A stretch of 35,887 bases of DNA from Trichosphaerium sp. ATCC 40318. Lineage: Eukaryota > Protista > Tubulinea. Where the stretch lies: NCBI GenBank assembly GCA_038496445.1, contig JALMLS010000396.1, positions 1 to 35,887 of the forward strand, written 5' to 3'. Positions within the stretch are counted from its first letter, which is position 1. Every line of letters begins with the position of its first letter. The notes under the pieces were generated by a model. It was given only the letters and a program-made list of their open reading frames with translations, ran no database searches and was not told the DNA's origin. Shown piece by piece: positions 32,277 to 35,887 of this stretch. A program made the translations under genes and the position numbers.

Positions 32277-33123
32277 AGGAAAAAATTATGATACTGTAAA
32301 AAGACGTCGAGATAGTCATTTTAAAGTACTTATGAAAGTAAATAAATCTAGAGTGAGAGGAAAATATTTTAAAAAACCATGGGCATTTGAACATGGTTTA
32401 GTAGGTAAGAGGTCGTGAGATGAAATAGAATCAAAATTAAAAATAGTATCTGATTATAAGTTAGATAGATTTCATTTTGATAATAGGAAGTTGATTATTT
32501 ACGGAATTAGATTTTTTAATAAAAGATTTGTATTTAATTTAGGAGTAAGAGATAATGAATCTTCTATATTTGCTGGCAAATGATGGATCCTAATAAGGAT
32601 GACGTTATTGTGAAATACCTAGGCAAATAGATCAAAAGTATGGGATCGTTATCAAATAAAGCATGTTGATTTATTTGATAACGAACGAAAACCAATAATA
32701 GATAAAGAAGGAAACGTTAGTTATAGTCTTGGCTTAGATAAAATTGCAATAACTAGACCGACTATTTTTAAAGATGAAATAACAAATAAATCAGATGGAG
32801 TATCGAGTGGAGTAGATTTAGAGTTTATAAATCATCAAGAGGTTTTGAAGATGAATGGTAGATCCTTTTGATTTAAAAGTCTTTTTAGAAGATATATTTT
32901 TAGGAGGCATTAAAAAACAACGTGGCAAAGAATGAATAAAAAAATGATAGATAATTCAGAAGATCTTTATATTATAATTCTATTATAGAGATTTAATAGT
33001 AAACTTACAGAACCTATACATAGTTTTTTTTATACTAAATTTATTTGTCGCGCTCGAAAAAATTTACGTAAACAAACTTGATATTTTAAATGTGAAACTA
33101 AAGAAGAGTTAGTAAAAAAATAA
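32266..33123 (+). CDS. Orphan reading frame, sparsely interrupted
   Basis: With TGA=Trp one frame is stop-free over 32266-32619 and 32623-32910. The TAG at 32620 and TAA at 32911 can each be bypassed by three single-base duplications (e.g. tgg[g]at, gt[g]gaa, aa[a]gta). I did not reconstruct the TAG at 32986. Confidence 0.6.
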
Positions 33124-33535
33124 ATTTTAGAAATATTTATTTTTTAAGGGAAGCTCAAAGGCTCTTTTTAATAAAATGATTTAATTTATAGAGGATTAAT
33201 AAGTACACCAGAGCAAGGGCATACAGTATAGAATCTGATGAAATGGAATGTGATATTATCCTTATCCTATGAAAACAAAAGAAAAACCAAACGATTTAAT
33301 ATTGCATAGATGATTTGATAATTTTGAGAAATGCTTTATGATGATTATGTTGAGATGAAAGTGAGGAAATTGAGCATACTGATTTAAGGTTGAAAATGAA
33401 AGTAGATTAGTGTTTTGAAAATTTTATTTTTGAGGAGAATTTTAGAAGTAGCGGTTTTATTTTTAAAGATATTGTAATGAAGATTTTTATTATTGTTCTG
33501 AATGTATAAATTTAGATTAAATAATATTAATGAAG

Positions 33536-33651
33536 GGTAAAAAATCGTGGATTTAAATTAAAAGCTTGCGAACTAACAGCTTCTTATTTAATATATTAAA
33601 TAAGAAGCTGTTAGTTCGCAAGCTTTTAATTTAAATCCACGATTTTTTACC
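33536..33651. repeat. 116-bp perfect palindrome
   Basis: Centre cttatttaata|tattaaataag. Confidence 0.96.
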
Positions 33652-34326
33652 AATAATTGGGATTTAAATTTATTGAGTTTATTTTTGATTATAAGGTACA
33701 TTTTCTTTTTGGATATATTTCTAGATGATTTTTTTTTGAAGTTAACAATATAACCTTAATGTATTAGAGAGAAGAATAAAGAAATCAACTTGACGGAGCG
33801 ATTTTATAATAGCGATCTAATAGACAATTTATAGATTTTGGTTTGAAGCATTATTGAGGTAGAAGTTTACCACCGCGTCGACTAAAGTGTTTTGCCCACC
33901 AGTACAAGAAGGTTTATGGGTTTTTTGCTCGATGAGATGATATATGAGTGAAGAATCTAAACTTATTTTTTGAATAGTATATATAGAGATGAGCTTTATA
34001 TGGTGAAAATAATAGGCTGAGATAAGACAAGAGAAAGTAAGTTGATTTGGTTTTGAGTGATTACATCGTTCAGAAGAAATGTTAGATAACCATTGAGGAG
34101 CCTCTTGAGATTTACATGATATTATTATAGATTTAGATCTTGGTTTTTTTAAAAGTGAAATCATATGTTGGTAGATTTACGAAGTATGAAGAGCATAATC
34201 GTTTATTTCTTTTGTTAAATCTTATGTAGATATAAAAAAAATTTTAGTAATGGTAGTTTTAAAGTAATCGTATTTTCGCGATTAAAAAATTAAAAACGGA
34301 ATATTTTTATTAAATACTATGTTTAT

Positions 34327-34496
34327 CTCAAAGTAAGACATATATATAAAGTAAATATAAAGGTATTGTCAATACCGTATCACAGATAATGCTTTAATAT
34401 TGCAGTTCATCGATGAACTGCAATATTAAAGCATTATCTGTGATACGGTATTGACAATACCTTTATATTTACTTTATATATATGTCTTACTTTGAG
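34327..34496. repeat. 170-bp perfect palindrome with a nested ggtattgtcaatacc hairpin
   Basis: Centre gcagttcatc|gatgaactgc. Confidence 0.96.
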
Positions 34497-34573
34497 TAAT
34501 TTTAAATTTTGAGCATTTATTTGTTTTTTTATTAATTTTTGTATGTTATTATTAAAAGTAATATTCTATTTAT

Positions 34574-34707
34574 TTATATATTGATGAACATTAATTTTTT
34601 TAGTATTTTTGTCGGCTGGATTTATTTTTTAATCGGTTTTAAAACCGATTAAAAAATAAATCCAGCCGACAAAAATACTAAAAAAATTAATGTTCATCAA
34701 TATATAA
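34574..34707. repeat. 134-bp perfect palindrome
   Basis: Centre aatcggtttt|aaaaccgatt. Confidence 0.96.
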
Positions 34708-34815
34708 TTTAGTTTATTTAGTAGGGCGTAATAGTTTGTAAGCTATATTTATCTTTAATTTTAACTAAATCTGAGTATAAGTTATTATAAGTTTATTTAA
34801 ATTTGTAAAAAGTAA

Positions 34816-35475
34816 AAAAAAAGAAAAAAAAGACGCAAAAGAAGCAAAAGCAAGTTGAACTTGAACCTGAATAGTGTTACTTGTATCAAACTTTTTAAAT
34901 GGTTTGACGGATTTAGAATTTTATTTAGTTTTATTTGCGTCTTTTTTTTCTTTTTTGCTCTTTTTTTTAATACTTCAAGAAATTTTTGTTTGAATAGAGA
35001 AAAAGTTAAAAAAAGAGCAAAAATAAAAAAATATAAAAAAGAAATACAAAAATTAATAGTCAAAGAGAATATTATGGAGGAAAAGATAGCTAAAATAGAA
35101 GAGAAATTAACAGTAGAAAATCTTATTAAAAACTATGATTCAAAAGAGGAAAAACTATTTACGGAGGATGCAGCTTGAAATAATTTTAAATCTTTTATGA
35201 AGCAAAGAAATTTACTGTTAGAAGAACGTATAAAAATAATTGAGTTGTGACTAAAAGAAGAAGATTCAAAAGAATTGAAAAGGCAATGTAAAATATATTT
35301 AGGTTATAGTTTAAAAACAAAAGAAAAACTAAAAATAAAAAGTAAAATAATGAGCGATATTGAAGATATACATTTTAGGGCACGTTTTAGTTTTCGAGGT
35401 TTAACTAAAGAAAAAGTTATAGAAATTATAGAATTAGAAGAAAAATTAAAAGAATCGTTATCTATTTATTATTAA
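34816..35475 (+). CDS. Uninterrupted orphan ORF (219 codons under code 4): one hydrophobic segment plus a Lys/Glu-rich coiled-coil-like tail
   Basis: Track ORFs 34855..35178 and 35275..35475 are in the same frame and separated only by TGA codons. Start codon unclear (first ATG at 35074). Confidence 0.7.
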
Positions 35476-35887
35476 GTAATAGCATATTCATTCTTTATTG
35501 TTTTGTTTTTTATAATAGTTTTTTAGTATCAAAAAAGCATATGTAAGAGGGGAATTTTTGAAAAAAATAGTAAAAAAAAAAGAGAATGTTATTTGTATTA
35601 TAAATGAATATCTAAAAAGGATAGTTATTTGTTTATAATTTTTTATAGTTTCAAGGGAAGAAGCGAAATTAAAAATAAATTAAGTTCTTTAAATTTTATA
35701 TTTTTTGTTTTTTATAATTAAAAGTAAAAAGAAAGAAAGAAATTATGATTTTAGTATAGTTTTTTTTTCCTTTATGTAGTGTATTAATTTTAGTCTTTAT
35801 GGTAAAAATTTGGGGAATCGTTTCGTATAAATATATCAATATTTTATTTATTTAATGGTTTATTATGTTCGTGCTATGCTTGTATGG

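Noticed and set aside
32266-33123. TAG/TAA stop-codon reassignment in orphan ORFs
   Set aside because: The in-frame stops I examined can be bypassed by clusters of three duplications that give more natural sequence. Conserved genes end in TAA/TAG, and no suppressor tRNA is seen.
28365-34707. Palindromes as CRISPR repeats, MITEs or guide-RNA genes
   Set aside because: No repeated unit or spacer periodicity, no shared termini, and no complementarity to edited genes noticed.
28345-35063. ORF-track entries 28345+, 28613-, 29495-, 30138-, 33829-, 34797- (and 369+, 2285+, 9782+, 19051-)
   Set aside because: They are antisense shadows of skewed coding DNA or frames running through palindromes, with no recognisable protein features.
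29052-35887. Linear-plasmid DNA polymerase B, phage-type RNA polymerase, protelomerase or LAGLIDADG/GIY-YIG gene
   Set aside because: No diagnostic motifs found by eye (LRGRSSY at ~31110 is not a convincing DxRGRxY). Editing could hide them, so a frameshift-aware HMM search is still warranted.

Overview
This window is an AT-rich protist mitochondrial genome fragment, most likely amoebozoan (UGA=Trp, tufA, probable rps16, acceptor-stem-mismatched tRNAs). Bases 1-29051 form one giant, spacer-less palindrome centred at 14528/14529, so every gene appears twice. Reading outward from the centre: rps7-like, 12 tRNAs, SSU rRNA, atp6, cox3, atp8, nad4L, atp1, tufA, cob, rps4, rps2, rps16-like, rpl6. 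An orphan-ORF region with many long perfect hairpins follows (29052-35887). The main signal is that every conserved protein gene, most tRNAs and the rRNA are cryptogenes. In the protein-gene stretches I reconstructed by hand they lack single nucleotides about every 25-35 nt. At each site where conservation fixes the missing base, it is a copy of an adjacent encoded base (mostly G, also A, C and probably U). An orphan ORF on the same contig runs 660 nt with no frameshift. This points to a dense, transcriptome-wide 'nucleotide-duplication' insertional RNA editing system, different from myxomycete C-insertion and kinetoplastid U-indel editing, alongside 5' tRNA editing. RNA data are needed to prove it. 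All CDS boundaries are approximate because the frames must be reconstructed.
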